From positions 62,001 to 126,000 of the forward strand of contig NIVC01000669.1 in the NCBI GenBank assembly GCA_002269645.1: a stretch of 64,000 nucleotides of DNA, read 5' to 3'. The DNA is from Macrostomum lignano (Eukaryota). Every line of letters begins with the position of its first letter. The stretch's first letter is position 1. Of this stretch, positions 63,578-64,000 are shown piece by piece. The position numbers and the translations under genes are program-made. Below the pieces are notes generated by a model. It ran no database searches. It saw only the letters and a program-made list of their open reading frames with translations, and was not told the DNA's origin.

Positions 63578-63915
63578 ATAGAATGACGCCTCTCATACTA
63601 GAAAGGTGCATCTCATACTAGAATGGTGCCTCTCATATTACAATAGAATGGCGCCTCGCATACTGGAATGGCGCCTCTGATACTAGAATGGCGCATCTCA
63701 TACTTGATTGGCGCCTCTAATACTAGAATGGCGTATCTTACGCTAGGAATGGCGCCTCTCCTACTATAATAGCGCATCTCATACTAGGATGGCGCCTCTG
63801 ATACAAGACTGGTGTATCTCATACTAAATTGGCGCCTCTAATACTGGGATGGCGCATTTTATGCTAGGAATGGCGCCTCTCATACTACAATGGCGCATCT
63901 CATACTAATGGCGTC
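63578..63915. repeat. Degenerate block of the same 20-bp family as 61285-62221
   Basis: AGAATGGCGCCTCTCATACT variants. Confidence 0.85.
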
Positions 63916-64000
63916 TTTCTTATTCGAATAACCTCGTATTCTAGTAGGCACTCTTCCAACCAACACAGGGTGCCCCTCCTGTCTACAATCGCAGTAAAAG

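Overview
Eukaryotic (metazoan) genomic DNA: GC-rich spliced exons in an AT-rich background packed with minisatellites and transposon remnants. This architecture resembles a free-living flatworm such as Macrostomum (inference, not proven). Eight genes could be reconstructed by hand: a MARVEL-type 4-TM protein (-), pyroglutamyl-peptidase I (-), three tandem pyrroline-5-carboxylate reductase (PYCR) paralogues (-), INSIG (+), HYPK (+) and LIN28 (-). PYCR copy A has a 1-nt frameshift. PYCR copy C has a 12.6-kb intron filled by an 11-kb satellite with a ~2.3-kb higher-order period. Mobile elements include a decayed Penelope-like retroelement with inverted terminal repeats, two tRNA-SINE families, hAT-type MITEs with 8-bp TSDs, a possible Helitron, a LINE 3' fragment and an unclassified 1.3-kb insertion. 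The most interesting leads are: (i) an HYPK reading frame that starts in-frame at a splice acceptor with no ATG of its own, as expected if a flatworm spliced-leader AUG supplies the start codon; (ii) exon-wise mosaicism in the PYCR triplet; (iii) a frame-required GC-AG intron in LIN28; (iv) a palindromic MITE carrying an E-box and CCAAT boxes upstream of INSIG; (v) a hammerhead-like motif in the Penelope repeats. No prokaryotic features or CRISPR arrays were found.
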